From contig CAZTKG010000001.1 of NCBI GenBank assembly GCA_964613815.1, positions 8,895 to 72,894 on the forward strand: a DNA stretch of 64,000 nucleotides. The letters run 5' to 3'. Position 1 is the first letter of the stretch; every line of letters starts with the position of its first letter. A model generated the notes under the pieces. The model saw only the letters and a list, made by a program, of their open reading frames with translations, did not search any database and was not told the origin of the DNA. Origin of the DNA: an uncultured Gammaproteobacteria bacterium (GTDB lineage: Bacteria > Patescibacteriota > Patescibacteriia > UBA9934). Positions 34,854-44,758 of this stretch are shown here, one piece after another. A program made the position numbers and the translations under genes.

Positions 34854-34897
34854 GCTTGATACAAAAGTGGTCCGTACGGACCACTTTTGTATCAAGC
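34854..34897. repeat. 42 bp perfect palindrome (copy 2, CTTGATACAAAAGTGGTCCGTACGGACCACTTTTGTATCAAG); a half-copy lies at 34980..35008
   Basis: Identical to 24833..24874. Confidence 0.75.
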
Positions 34898-35057
34898 AGG
34901 CATGGGGGTGTTTTTTTTGGAAATGATTGATGACTGCCAGTTTTGTCATTGTCTTTTCGATTCTGCCTGTATTTTTTTTGGTCCGTACGGACCATTTTTG
35001 TTACAAGGAGACGGGAGCATCATTTGGTTTAAATGGGGTGTGTTAAAATGGTGGCCT

Positions 35058-35387
35058 ATGCAAATGAATGACTATCAATTTGAGGCTCGGAAGACGGCTA
35101 TTTATCCGGATGTTGGGAGGAATGTGTATTATCCGACGCTTGGTTTGGCTGGAGAAGCTGGAGAGGTTGCGGGGAAGGTGAAGAAGATTCAGCGGGATGA
35201 TGGGGGGATTGTTACGGACGAGCGGCGGGCGGCGCTTGGGAAGGAGCTTGGGGATGTGCTTTGGTATGTTGCGCAGGTGGCGACGGAGCTTGGGTTGACG
35301 ATGGATGGAATTGCGCAGGGGAATTTGGATCGGTTGAAGAGTCGTCAGGATCGGGGGGTTTTGACGGGGGATGGGGATAATCGTTAG
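35058..35387 (+). CDS. MazG-like nucleotide pyrophosphohydrolase
   Basis: GLAGEAGEVAGKVKK (EExGE-like) and ELGDVLWYV; the 57-aa N-terminal extension of ORF 34887 runs through the repeat and is rejected. Confidence 0.65.
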   Translation: MQMNDYQFEARKTAIYPDVGRNVYYPTLGLAGEAGEVAGKVKKIQRDDGGIVTDERRAALGKELGDVLWYVAQVATELGLTMDGIAQGNLDRLKSRQDRGVLTGDGDNR

Positions 35388-35551
35388 TTTTTGGAAAAAA
35401 AGAGGACCCTGCAGACTGCTCGAGGAGTAGTTTGCAGGGTGAGGTCGGCTGATCGTCTTTTGGGATGGTCAGCCTGACACGTCTTCAGCGATTTAAGGAT
35501 CGCATTTTTTTGTTTTCGATCAAGAAAAAAGCCGCCTTTGGGGCGGGGAGG

Positions 35552-36076
35552 CTAGGAGGTCTGGCGGACGGTGTTCGTGGTGGGTCTTGTGATGTTGTTG
35601 AGGTCTTCTCGGGCGTTTAGGCAGAGAGTGAGGCAGCGTTGGCTCAGGGCTTCGGAGGCTTCAGCGTGTGGGAGGGTGCCGAATTGCATGGCTGCGAGGT
35701 GGGTGGCGTCGGATTTGATGCCCTTGAGCGCATCTCGCCAGCCGATGAGGGATTCCATGAATCTCGTCTGCTGATCGGTTGCGTCTTCTCGGTTTGAGAG
35801 TGCTGAGAACGCTTCGCGGAATCTTGGGAGGAAGGGTCGGATGATTTGTATCAGGTCTGTCTTGATGTTGAGGGTCTTGAGGCGAATGGTGGTGCTTGTG
35901 TCGAGCTCGTTGAGGATGTCTCGGATCTCGGACATGACGTCGTCGAGAGTGGGGTTCTTTGGCCTGATGAAGAGGTTGGTCTTGGCGGCGAATTTGGCCA
36001 TTAAGACTAAGATGATGATTCCGAAGAATGCCAGGATGAATTCAGGAGGGAATTCGATTGCCATGGGATAGATCAT
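35552..36076 (-). CDS. hypothetical membrane-anchored protein
   Basis: Start at MIYPMAIEFPPEF with GGAGA 5 nt upstream; one N-terminal TM helix. An intrinsic terminator (GCCGCC-TTTG-GGGCGG + T-run on the - strand) lies at 35525..35550. Confidence 0.5.
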   Translation of the reverse strand: MIYPMAIEFPPEFILAFFGIIILVLMAKFAAKTNLFIRPKNPTLDDVMSEIRDILNELDTSTTIRLKTLNIKTDLIQIIRPFLPRFREAFSALSNREDATDQQTRFMESLIGWRDALKGIKSDATHLAAMQFGTLPHAEASEALSQRCLTLCLNAREDLNNITRPTTNTVRQTS

Positions 36077-36813
36077 GTTGATCTCCGTGTGAAAGAAGAA
36101 GGGCCCTGTAGGCTTGTGTCTGGAAGCTGAGTCCGGGCACATGCCTGCAGGGCGAGGGTGGAGCACACCTGGTTGTTTTAGATGCACCTGTTACCATTTT
36201 TAGTGTGGCATGGGGCTAGGAAGATGTCAAGTCTCAGTAGGATATAAAAGTACCCCGTTCTTTCGATTGTGCGCACGAGTAGCATATGCAGTCGGTTTGG
36301 TTTGATTGCCGTGCGAGGATTCACAATTAAGAGACGGGGCAGAGAGGGTCCCTCGGCCGTCAGGGTTGAGCTGTTGGACCAACGAGAAGGGAATTTCCCG
36401 GTGAGATTCTGAGGCCGAGGGAAGGTGGGGTGGTTGGAATATAACAGTCGGTTTGGATCGAGGCAAATAAAAAACTTCCCCCTCTCAGAATCTTTACTAT
36501 GCTTTGGTAGTTGCAACTACTGAAGCGGAATGCTTCAGCGAAGTATTGAGATTCTGAGGGAGGAAGGGTGAAAGGTCCCCGCGACTCGTGTTTAGGCTGG
36601 GCGGGTGAGATGCCGATAGCAGGATGATGCTGGGCCTGAAACACGAGACGGGGGAGGTGGATCCCTCCCGAGGCGGTGCAGATTGCGCGTCATCGCGCCT
36701 TTTGACTTTTGCTGCGTTACCGTCCCGGGAGGGAAGATATTCCTTCTGTTCGTTGGTTGGAAACCCCCGAGGCAATGGCCGACGAACAGAAGGGATGAAA
36801 TGATCGACGGATA

Positions 36814-36842
36814 AGAATAGCAAAGATTTGGGGTTTTGTCAA
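36814..36842 (-). promoter_or_regulatory. sigma70-like promoter (- strand) heading the long non-coding region
   Basis: - strand TTGACA-17 nt-TATTCT (-35 at 36837..36842, -10 at 36814..36819). Confidence 0.45.
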
Positions 36843-36867
36843 GGGGGAGGAGATGATGGGAAGAAAA

Positions 36868-36890
36868 AAGACCCTTTATTGGTCTTTTTT
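36868..36890. terminator. bidirectional intrinsic terminator downstream of clpB
   Basis: AAGACC-CTTTATT-GGTCTT flanked by an A-run and a T-run. Confidence 0.55.
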
Positions 36891-36897
36891 GGCTGTT

Positions 36898-36972
36898 TTC
36901 CCATCTCGACCTTGTGGAGAGATCTCTGCGATGATCAAGAAGGAAGGATCTCTCCGCAAGGTTGAGATGGGA
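36898..36972. repeat. RPE-like palindromic element, copy 5
   Basis: TTCCCATCTCGACC TTGT GGAGAGATCTCT-(20 nt)-ATCTCTCC GCAAGG TTGAGATGGGAA. Confidence 0.8.
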
Positions 36973-37052
36973 AGGCGGAGGGTTTTTTGAATCAGAATAG
37001 CTTTTCGGTCTCGTTGGATTCGGCCTTCGCAGGACGTTATTTTAAGGGTGGG

Positions 37053-39689
37053 TTATTTTCGTTGTCGGATTTCTAGCATGCCTTTTGTGGCGTCGATGGT
37101 GACGTTTGCGCCTTCTTTGATTTCTCCTGTGATGATTTTCATGGCTAGTGGGTCGAGGATTTCGGTTTGGAGGATGCGTTTGAGGGGGCGGGCGCCGAAT
37201 TCTTGGGAGTAGCCGAGGTCGCCGAGGGTTTTTTGGGCTCTGGCGGTGACTTTGAGGTTCATGGCGCGTTGTTCTTTGAGTCGGGCGGCGATTTGTTCGA
37301 TTTGGAGTTTGACGATTTGGGTGATCTCCTCCTTCTTAAGAGCGTCGAAGAAGATGATTTCATCGATTCGGTTGAGGAATTCGGGTTTGAATTGTTCCTT
37401 TAGCATGTTTAGCACTCTGTCCTTGGTAGTGCTAGGTGCTTGATCTGCGGTGCCGTCCTCGAATCCGATGTCGCCGGTTTTGTGGCCGTTTAGGATGACG
37501 TTTGATCCGACGTTGGAGGTCATGATGATGATGGTGTTTTTGAAGTTGATTTTGCGACCTTTGGAGTCGGTGACATGGCCGTCGTCAAGAATCTGCAACA
37601 AAATGTTGAAGATGTCTGGATGGGCTTTTTCGATTTCGTCGAAGAGGATGACGGAGTAGGGCTTTCGGCGGATGGTCTCGGTAAGTTGGCCGGCTTCGTC
37701 GTAGCCAACATATCCAGGAGGGGAGCCGATCATTTTGCTGATGGCGTGTTTTTCCATGAACTCGGACATGTCGACGCGGACGAGGGCGTCTTCGTCGTTG
37801 AACATGAACTCTGCCAGAGCTTTGGCGAGCTCGGTTTTTCCGACACCGGTAGGGCCGAGGAACATGAAGGAGCCGATGGGTTTGTTCTCCTCGTTAATGC
37901 CGGCTCGGGAGCGTCTGAGGGCGTTTGAGACGGCGGAGAGGGCTCTTGATTGGCCGATGACGCGGCCGGCGAGGTTTGCCTCCATTTTGCTTAAGCGCTC
38001 CATTTCGCTCTGGAGCATTTTGACGACAGGGATGTGGGTCCAGCGGCTGACGACGGTTGCGATGTCTTCTTCTGAGATGTGCTCTTTGAGGAGGCCGCGT
38101 TCTGCTTGGAATTTCTTGAGTTCGTCTTGGAGTCTTTCGAGGCTTTCTCGTAGGGCGGGAATGTCGTTGTAGCGGATTTGGGCGACTTTTTGGAGGTCAC
38201 CTCGACGTTCGGCAATTTCTGCTTCGTTTGAGAGTTTATCGGTTTCGTCTTTTAGGGATCGGATTTGTTCGATGAGAGATTTTTCGTTTTTCCAGCGGAG
38301 TTCGAGTTCGTTTGACTCTTCCTTGATGTCGGCGATTTGTTTTTCGATTTCTTTTTTCCGAGATTTGGATTTTTTACTATCCTCCTTGAGGAGTGATTGG
38401 CGTTCGATTTCCAGGCGCATGATGTCGCGTTTGTAGCGGTCGAGTTCTTCTGGCATGGAATCGATTTGCATGCGGAGGCCAGCGCTTGCTTCGTCCATGA
38501 GGTCAATGGCTTTGTCTGGGAGTTGGCGAGTGGTGATGTAGCGGTTTGAAAGTTCGGCGGCAGAAATGATTGCTTCGTCAGTGATGCGGATGCCGTGGTG
38601 GATTTCGTATTTTTCTTTGATTCCGCGGAGGATCGCGATGGTGTCTTTAACGGTTGGTTCTTTGATCATGACGGTTTGGAATCGGCGTTCAAAGGCGGCG
38701 TCTTTTTCGATGTATTTTTGGTATTCCTTGAGCGTCGTTGCGCCGACAACGCGAAGTTCACCGCGGGCGAGGGCGGGTTTGAGCATGTTTGATGCGTCCA
38801 TGGGGGACTCGTCACCTTTTCCTGCGCCGACGAGGGAATGGAGTTCATCGATGAAGAGGATGATTTGGCCGTTTGAGGCTTCGATTTCGCGGATGACAGC
38901 CTTGAGTCGTTCTTCGAATTCTCCTCGAAATTTGGTTCCGGCGACAAGGGCGCCAAGGTCTAGTGAAACGATTTCTTTGTCTTTGAGCATTTCTGGGACG
39001 TCGCCAGTAGCAATGCGTTGTGCGAGCCCTTCTGCGACGGCTGTTTTTCCGACGCCGGCTTCGCCGATAAGGACAGGGTTATTCTTGGTTCGGCGGACGA
39101 GGACCTGCATGGTTCGGCGGATTTCTTCGTCACGGCCGATGATCGGGTCGATTTTTCCTTGGCGCGCTGCCTCGGTGACGTTGACAGAGTATTTTTCTAG
39201 GGCTTGGAATTTGGCTTCTGGATTGGCAGAATCGACTTTTTGGTTTCCGCGAACGTCTTTGAGCGCTTCGAGGATCGCTTCTTCGTTGACGCGATGTTGG
39301 TTGAGAAGTTTGGAAATTGGGCCGTCGTGAAGGAGGCCGAGAAGCATGTGCTCGGTGGAGATGAATTCATCGCCAAAGTCTTTAGCGCGGTTGCCGGATT
39401 CTTGGAGGACTTTTGCGAGGTTTGGAGAAAGGAGGACCTGGCCAATACCGCCGGTTGCGAATCCTTGTGTTTTTGGAAGGCGTTCGAGAATGCGGTTGAT
39501 GGACATGCGTAGGTTTTCTACGTCGATGTTCATTTTGAGAAGAGTGGAAATGACAATGCCGTCTTCTTGGTTGAGAAGGGCAGAGATGAGGTGAATGGGT
39601 TCAACGCCTTGCTGACCGTTTTCGTTGGCGAGCATTTGGGCGAATTGGATGGCTTGTTGTGATTTTGAGGTGAAATTGTTGGGGATCAT
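37053..39689 (-). CDS. clpB: ATP-dependent chaperone ClpB
   Basis: Two AAA+ modules (GEAGVGKT...; GPTGVGKT...), Clp N-domain and a long coiled-coil M-domain. Start at [12 protein letters not shown]; the 12 extra N-terminal residues of the ORF are translation of the 120 bp repeat. Confidence 0.9.
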   Translation of the reverse strand: MIPNNFTSKSQQAIQFAQMLANENGQQGVEPIHLISALLNQEDGIVISTLLKMNIDVENLRMSINRILERLPKTQGFATGGIGQVLLSPNLAKVLQESGNRAKDFGDEFISTEHMLLGLLHDGPISKLLNQHRVNEEAILEALKDVRGNQKVDSANPEAKFQALEKYSVNVTEAARQGKIDPIIGRDEEIRRTMQVLVRRTKNNPVLIGEAGVGKTAVAEGLAQRIATGDVPEMLKDKEIVSLDLGALVAGTKFRGEFEERLKAVIREIEASNGQIILFIDELHSLVGAGKGDESPMDASNMLKPALARGELRVVGATTLKEYQKYIEKDAAFERRFQTVMIKEPTVKDTIAILRGIKEKYEIHHGIRITDEAIISAAELSNRYITTRQLPDKAIDLMDEASAGLRMQIDSMPEELDRYKRDIMRLEIERQSLLKEDSKKSKSRKKEIEKQIADIKEESNELELRWKNEKSLIEQIRSLKDETDKLSNEAEIAERRGDLQKVAQIRYNDIPALRESLERLQDELKKFQAERGLLKEHISEEDIATVVSRWTHIPVVKMLQSEMERLSKMEANLAGRVIGQSRALSAVSNALRRSRAGINEENKPIGSFMFLGPTGVGKTELAKALAEFMFNDEDALVRVDMSEFMEKHAISKMIGSPPGYVGYDEAGQLTETIRRKPYSVILFDEIEKAHPDIFNILLQILDDGHVTDSKGRKINFKNTIIIMTSNVGSNVILNGHKTGDIGFEDGTADQAPSTTKDRVLNMLKEQFKPEFLNRIDEIIFFDALKKEEITQIVKLQIEQIAARLKEQRAMNLKVTARAQKTLGDLGYSQEFGARPLKRILQTEILDPLAMKIITGEIKEGANVTIDATKGMLEIRQRK

Positions 39690-39698
39690 AATGGGAGG

Positions 39699-39830
39699 GT
39701 TGAATCGCTTCGCTCGTTGAATCACTCGCCTGCGGCATCGTTCGTTTAAAGCGTTGATTCCGGAATCAACGAGCGCAGCGATTCAACGAGTTTCGGCGAT
39801 TAGTCGAACGATTCAACGATTTAAACGTTA
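39699..39830. repeat. about 120 bp palindromic intergenic repeat, copy A (TCGTTGAATCACTCGCC...CGTTGATTCCGGAATCAACG...GATTCAACGATTTAAACGTT)
   Basis: Three copies: A 39699..39830, B 59109..59255, C 60629..60747. Contains the 20 bp perfect palindrome CGTTGATTCCGGAATCAACG. Each copy abuts the 5' end of a - strand gene. Confidence 0.8.
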
Positions 39831-39857
39831 TTAGCAGTCTTTAGTGTAGAGTGCTAA
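39831..39857. promoter_or_regulatory. CIRCE element (HrcA operator) upstream of clpB
   Basis: TTAGCAGTC-N9-GAGTGCTAA versus consensus TTAGCACTC-N9-GAGTGCTAA (one mismatch). Confidence 0.65.
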
Positions 39858-39871
39858 TCTGAATTTGTCAA
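39843..39871 (-). promoter_or_regulatory. sigma70-like promoter for clpB overlapping CIRCE
   Basis: - strand TTGACA-17-TACACT. Confidence 0.4.
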
Positions 39872-39922
39872 TGCGTTTTTTGGTTGAAAATTGTGGGTAA
39901 AGTTGCTACTCTTGGTTCAGAT

Positions 39923-40351
39923 ATGACAACGAAATCACTTTCATTATTTTCGATTTTTGCAATTGTTATTGCGATTGTGGGGATTTTGCATTCCGCCGGA
40001 CTTGTATGGGACTTGTACGGGCTTTATGACTGGTATGACACGGTTTTGCATTTTGGTGGTGGGTTGACGGCTGGGGTGTTTGCGCTTGCTGTTTGGCGGC
40101 ATTTTGGGGTTGAGGTGAAGGGCGGACACTTGAAAATTATTCGGTCGCTCGTACATTTGACATGGGTTCTTGGTGTGGTTTCGATTATTAGTATTGTTTG
40201 GGAGCTGCATGAGTATGGTCTTGATCAAATTATGCTTGGGGTAGGTGGGCAATTGCGGCAGCTTTCGACGGCAGATACAATGGGAGACTTTGTTCTTGAT
40301 TTACTCGGAGGATTTGTGGCGTATGCGGTCTTCCGAAATGGACGGGTTTAA
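39923..40351 (+). CDS. hypothetical membrane protein
   Basis: MTTKSLSLFSIFAIVIAIVG..., four hydrophobic segments; start uncertain (the ORF begins at 39884). Confidence 0.45.
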   Translation: MTTKSLSLFSIFAIVIAIVGILHSAGLVWDLYGLYDWYDTVLHFGGGLTAGVFALAVWRHFGVEVKGGHLKIIRSLVHLTWVLGVVSIISIVWELHEYGLDQIMLGVGGQLRQLSTADTMGDFVLDLLGGFVAYAVFRNGRV

Positions 40352-41153
40352 GGTTTTTGGGGTGCGGGTCGACGCCGTTGACGCGGCGGTTTTTGATTCT
40401 TTGATGATGGAGTGGCTTCAGGGTGATCGGTTGAAGCGGATTGTGACGCCGAATGCGGAGATGGTTCTTGCTGCGCGAAATGATGTGGTATTTACGTCGG
40501 CGCTTGTTGGGGCGGATTTGGCGCTTCCTGATGCGGTGAGTTTGGAGTTTGCGGCGCGTGCGTTTGGTCATCAGAATTTTGCGCATCGGTATACGGGGGT
40601 GGATGCGGTGATTAGGCTTGCGGAGTTATGTAGAGATCAGAATAAGCGGATGATGTTGTTTGGTGGCGTTGATAATGTTGCTGCACTTGCGGCGGAGGAA
40701 TTGCGTGGGAGATATCAGCATCTTGATGTGCTTGGAGTGAATCCTGGAGATGTGCATGTGGATGGGGGAGGGAAGTGCACGGTGCATATGGAGGCGATTC
40801 GGCAGGTGCGAGAGTTTAAGCCGGATGTGATGGTTGTTGCGCTTGGGCATCGGAAGCAGGAGTTGTTTATGGAGGGGTTTCGGGCTTGGTTTCCGTCGAT
40901 TCGCATTGCGATTGGGGCTGGTGGGGCGCTTGATATGATTGCGGGCGTGATTCCGCGATCGCCTCGATGGATGCGGAAGCGTGGATTTGAATGGGTTTGG
41001 CGGGCCCTCCGGCAGCCGAGTCGGATTGGGAGGATTGTGCAGGCTAGCCTTGTTTTTCCGCTGTTTGTGGCGTACGATTGCGCTAAACAAGGACGATTTA
41101 TTCAAGCATGTCGCGACGTGATTCCGGCGGTTATTGAGCGGACGCGCGGCTAA
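40338..41153 (+). CDS. WecB/TagA/CpsF-family glycosyltransferase (GT26)
   Basis: FKVFGVRVDAVD...RIVTPNAEMVLAARND...GVDNVAALAAE...HRKQELFM is the GT26 layout. Confidence 0.7.
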   Translation: MDGFKVFGVRVDAVDAAVFDSLMMEWLQGDRLKRIVTPNAEMVLAARNDVVFTSALVGADLALPDAVSLEFAARAFGHQNFAHRYTGVDAVIRLAELCRDQNKRMMLFGGVDNVAALAAEELRGRYQHLDVLGVNPGDVHVDGGGKCTVHMEAIRQVREFKPDVMVVALGHRKQELFMEGFRAWFPSIRIAIGAGGALDMIAGVIPRSPRWMRKRGFEWVWRALRQPSRIGRIVQASLVFPLFVAYDCAKQGRFIQACRDVIPAVIERTRG

Positions 41154-41163
41154 CATCAACACT

Positions 41164-42615
41164 ATGGGACATCGAACACGAATTGCTCCGTCACCGACGG
41201 GGTATATGCATATTGGAACGCTGCGGACTGCACTTTTTGATTATTTTGTTTCACGGCAGTCTGGTGGAGCGTTTGTGCTTCGTGTTGAGGATACGGATCG
41301 GAATCGGATGGTTGAGGGGGCGACGGAATCGCTTTTGCGGACATTTAAGAAGATGGGGATTCAGGCAGATGAGGGGTTGTTTATTGATGAGGATGGAGCG
41401 GTTCAATCACGAGGAGAGTTTGGGCCGTATGTGCAGAGTGAGCGGTTAGGGATTTATGAGGATTTTATTCGGACGCTTCTTGAGCAGGATGATGCGTATT
41501 ACTGTTTTTGTTCGAAGGAGCGGCTCGATGAGGTTCGGGAGGCGCAGAAGATGACGAAGCAGACGACGAAGTATGATCGGGCGTGTTTGGGGTTGGATGC
41601 GGATGACATCAAAACGCGTTTGGATGCTGGGGAGAGTCATGTGGTGCGGATGCGGGTTCCTGAGGGGGAGACGGTGTTTGAGGATGTCGTCCGGGGGCGT
41701 GTGCGTGTTTCTAATCAGGAAGTGGATGATCAGGTTTTGATCAAGGCGGATGGGTTTCCGACGTATCATTTTGCGGTGGTCGTGGATGATCATTTGATGA
41801 AGATTTCTCACATTTTGCGAGGAGAAGAATGGATCAGCTCGACGCCAAAGCAAGTTATTTTGTATGGTATGTTTGGATGGGATGTGCCGAAGTTTGCGCA
41901 TACGCCGAATTTGTTGAATGCAGATAAGACGAAGTTGTCTAAGCGTCAGGGAGATGTTGCTGTTGAGGATTATTTGGAAAAGGGGTATTTGCCTGAAGCG
42001 CTGATTAATTTTGTTGGGACGCTTGGGTTTAATCCTCGTGGGGATCGGGAGATTTATACGCTTGAAGAGCTTGTGGAGATGTTTGATTTGTCGAAAGTGA
42101 AGCCGGCTGGGGCGGTGATGAATGTGGAGAAGCTTGATTGGATGAATAATCAGTATTTGAGCAAGTTGGAGATTGACGAAGTGAAACGTGTGGCTGAGCC
42201 GTTTGTGGGAGAGCTTTCTGATGAGCGGTTGCGCGCCGCGTTTGTGGAGGTGAAGCGGGTGGATCGGCTGGATCAGCTTGAAGAGCGGTTGGCGTCTTAT
42301 GGTGATGTCGGGGGGTATGATGGTGAGATTTTGGTTTGGAAAAAGTCTGATGCTGCTGCGGCTAAAGCGGCGCTTGAGCATGTGCGAGCTTTTATTGATT
42401 CGCTTGATGATGCGGTGTTTGAGGATGCCGAGAAGCTTGAAAGTGAGATTTTGCGACACATCGAAGAGAGAGGGGTAGGGAAAGGGGAGGTTTTGTGGCC
42501 CCTTCGCGTTTCACTTTCGGGATTGCAGAAATCGCCGAGCCCGTTTGAATTGTTGTGGGTGCATGGGAAGGATGGTTCAGTTGCGCGGATTGATGACGGA
42601 ATTGTAAAATTGTAA
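41164..42615 (+). CDS. gltX: glutamate--tRNA ligase
   Basis: RTRIAPSPTGYMHIGTLRTALFDYF (HIGH), KLSKRQG (KMSKS). Confidence 0.9.
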   Translation: MGHRTRIAPSPTGYMHIGTLRTALFDYFVSRQSGGAFVLRVEDTDRNRMVEGATESLLRTFKKMGIQADEGLFIDEDGAVQSRGEFGPYVQSERLGIYEDFIRTLLEQDDAYYCFCSKERLDEVREAQKMTKQTTKYDRACLGLDADDIKTRLDAGESHVVRMRVPEGETVFEDVVRGRVRVSNQEVDDQVLIKADGFPTYHFAVVVDDHLMKISHILRGEEWISSTPKQVILYGMFGWDVPKFAHTPNLLNADKTKLSKRQGDVAVEDYLEKGYLPEALINFVGTLGFNPRGDREIYTLEELVEMFDLSKVKPAGAVMNVEKLDWMNNQYLSKLEIDEVKRVAEPFVGELSDERLRAAFVEVKRVDRLDQLEERLASYGDVGGYDGEILVWKKSDAAAAKAALEHVRAFIDSLDDAVFEDAEKLESEILRHIEERGVGKGEVLWPLRVSLSGLQKSPSPFELLWVHGKDGSVARIDDGIVKL

Positions 42616-42632
42616 TCATGATATAATCGTCT

Positions 42633-43838
42633 GTGTATATGCATGGACGATTTTTTGTTTCTCCGCGTGTTTTGATCATGATGATGGTCATGGCGGTTTT
42701 TTTGGTTGTTTCTCCGCGTGTTTCGCTTGGGAATGCGAGCAATGAGATTAATCAGCTTCAGGATCAGATTGAGCAGACGGAGTCTCGAATGGATAGTTTG
42801 GATTCTCAGGTGGATGCGTATCGGCAAAAAGTTCAGGAAAGTGCGGCGAAGTCGGCGAGTTTAGTGAATGATGTTGAGTTGATTGAGAACCAGGCGGCGT
42901 TGACGGAGCTTGATATTGTGGTGACTCAGGTTGAGATTGAGCATCAGGAGTTGCAAATTGATTTGCTTACGGAGAAGATTTCTGCCCTTAGTTTGGAGCT
43001 TGAGCAGCAGCAGAAGATCATGGCGGAGCTGATGTTTACGTTGTATCGGAAGGATCGTATGGGGCTTGTTGAGGTGCTTTTTGGGTCAAATACGTTTGAT
43101 GGGTTTTTTAATCAGGTTGAAGAGCTTGAAAGTGTAAATAGTGATTTGAGTAATACGGTTGAACGTACGAGGGTGACACGGATGTCGCTTGCGGATGATC
43201 GTGCTGAGCAGGAGGTGCGTCTTGGGGATCTTGTGGATTTGGAGGGCGAGCTTGAGAGTCAGCTCGCGATTCTTGATAGTCAGCTTGAGGCGAAGGAAAC
43301 GCTTTTGGTTGAAACGCAGAGTTCCGAGGCGCAGTATCGGGTTTTGATGAGTGAGTTGCGTCAGGAGCGTCAGGCGATTACGTCGGCGCTTGCGAGTTTG
43401 CAGGCTGAAGTTGAAGAGAAGATTCGTCAGGCGGATATGTTTGAGGATGCGGCGGTGATTTCGATGCCGGTGCATGATTACGTGCTGACAGCGTACTACC
43501 ATGACCCAACGTATCCGTTTCGACATTTGTTTGAACATTCTGGGATTGATCTTGCTGCTTGGCGTGGTACGCCGGTTTATGCGGCGGCTCCGGGTGTTGT
43601 CGCTTGGGCGCGCACAGGGCGATCTTACGGAAATTACGTTATGATAATTCATAGTGGAGGCCTTGCGACGCTCTACGCGCATTTGGATGCTATGTACGTG
43701 GTTTCTGATCAGTTCGTATCTCGTGGAGAACAGATTGGAGCTGTGGGAAGTACGGGGTTTTCTACGGGACCGCATTTGCACTTTGAGGTTCGGTTGAATG
43801 GGATTCCGGTGGATCCGTATGCGTATTTGATTGACTAG
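42633..43838 (+). CDS. M23-family peptidase with N-terminal coiled coil (EnvC-like)
   Basis: HSGIDLAA...GNYVMIIHSGGLATLYAHL...GSTGFSTGPHLHFEVR (HxxxD / HxH metal site). Signal peptide plus long coiled coil. Confidence 0.8.
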   Translation: MYMHGRFFVSPRVLIMMMVMAVFLVVSPRVSLGNASNEINQLQDQIEQTESRMDSLDSQVDAYRQKVQESAAKSASLVNDVELIENQAALTELDIVVTQVEIEHQELQIDLLTEKISALSLELEQQQKIMAELMFTLYRKDRMGLVEVLFGSNTFDGFFNQVEELESVNSDLSNTVERTRVTRMSLADDRAEQEVRLGDLVDLEGELESQLAILDSQLEAKETLLVETQSSEAQYRVLMSELRQERQAITSALASLQAEVEEKIRQADMFEDAAVISMPVHDYVLTAYYHDPTYPFRHLFEHSGIDLAAWRGTPVYAAAPGVVAWARTGRSYGNYVMIIHSGGLATLYAHLDAMYVVSDQFVSRGEQIGAVGSTGFSTGPHLHFEVRLNGIPVDPYAYLID

Positions 43839-44509
43839 GGTGTAGACAGGGGAGGGATGGTTGTAAAGGCTCTGTCGCGGCTTGTCTTGTGTGCCGTTTG
43901 TTTGTACGGCATCGTGTCGAATGTTAGACGCTCTGTTATTCATTGAGTGACCTTGATTGAGAGTTACTCACCTACCTTTCCCCGATTGATTCGTTTTACG
44001 ACACATTATTTTCTTTGTGCATGGATTGAGAGACGTTTGTGTCTTGTTAAATCACGGTTCCGATCATGGCGGGGCGGGTGAGCGTTTCATTATTGTTTAT
44101 AGATATTTTCGCAGATTTCTTCTTAAGGAGATTTTTGGTCTAGCCTCACGGTTTTGAGTCCTTTATTGAGGTGTTCGTAGAACGGTGTTTTGTTTTTAGA
44201 TGACCTCTATTACCCCCTATTGACGGGTTTGTATTCTGTAGTGTCGTATAAGATATATTGTGCGACGCCAAGGATTTGTCAGATGGTTGATGGGTGATGA
44301 GAGGGTCATGAGGATTTGAAATTGGTTTAGGTGCTTACCTCTCCCTTCTATGTCTTGCTGCGTTTGAAAGATGTTCTGTCAATGGATTTGGATGATCGTT
44401 TCTGCGTGGTGGACTCAGGGTTTGTGCTTTATTGTTGTTTTGGATTGTGCCTTGCGCCCTTCCCCTCCCTGGGGTGAATGCAGTTTTGTGTCGCAAAATA
44501 AAGAGCGCC

Positions 44510-44689
44510 TGTTTGGGCGCTAGAGTCTTTGGACGCGTTCGTTGGCGGGGATTGCAACGAGTGTGCCTCTGTTTTGTACGTTGACGGCTTTTTCCTTGCC
44601 GTGTTTTTGCCAGACAATCTCACTGTTCCCTGCCCTGACGAAAAACGTTCCAGACGTGATGTCTGAAAATTTTACGTTGTGGATGGGTG
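44510..44689 (-). CDS. hypothetical small protein (59 aa), unlisted ORF
   Basis: - strand AGAGG-6 nt-ATG. Translation MCEAPIHNVKFSDITSGTFFVRAGNSEIVWQKHGKEKAVNVQNRGTLVAIPANERVQRL. The stop is embedded in a hairpin AGCGCC-CAAACA-GGCGCT + CTTTATTTTG. Confidence 0.4.
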
Positions 44690-44758
44690 CTTCACACATG
44701 TAAGCCTCTAATGAACGAGATCACTATAACTTGATTGTGTAGGCATGCCAAATCCGAT

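Noticed and set aside
34887-35057. 57-aa N-terminal extension of the MazG-like ORF.
   Set aside because: It runs through the 42 bp palindrome and a T-rich spacer. The MazG homology begins at MQMNDYQ.
36121-36170. RNase P RNA: GAGUCCGGGCAC...CAGGGCGAGGGUG resembles the P4/CR-I region of bacterial RNase P RNA.
   Set aside because: No matching P4 3' strand (CCGGxCUC), no GGUAAG/CR-II/CR-III elements downstream, and the region overlaps the 5' end of a - strand CDS. Judged to be a chance similarity.
39690-39725. MIQRAKRFNPPI extension of clpB, and the analogous MIQRLKRPHN extension of the HhH-GPD gene (59092..59121).
   Set aside because: Both are read-through of the 120 bp palindromic repeat, which on the - strand happens to begin ATGATTCAACG. 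Conserved ClpB and glycosylase N-termini start at the next Met.
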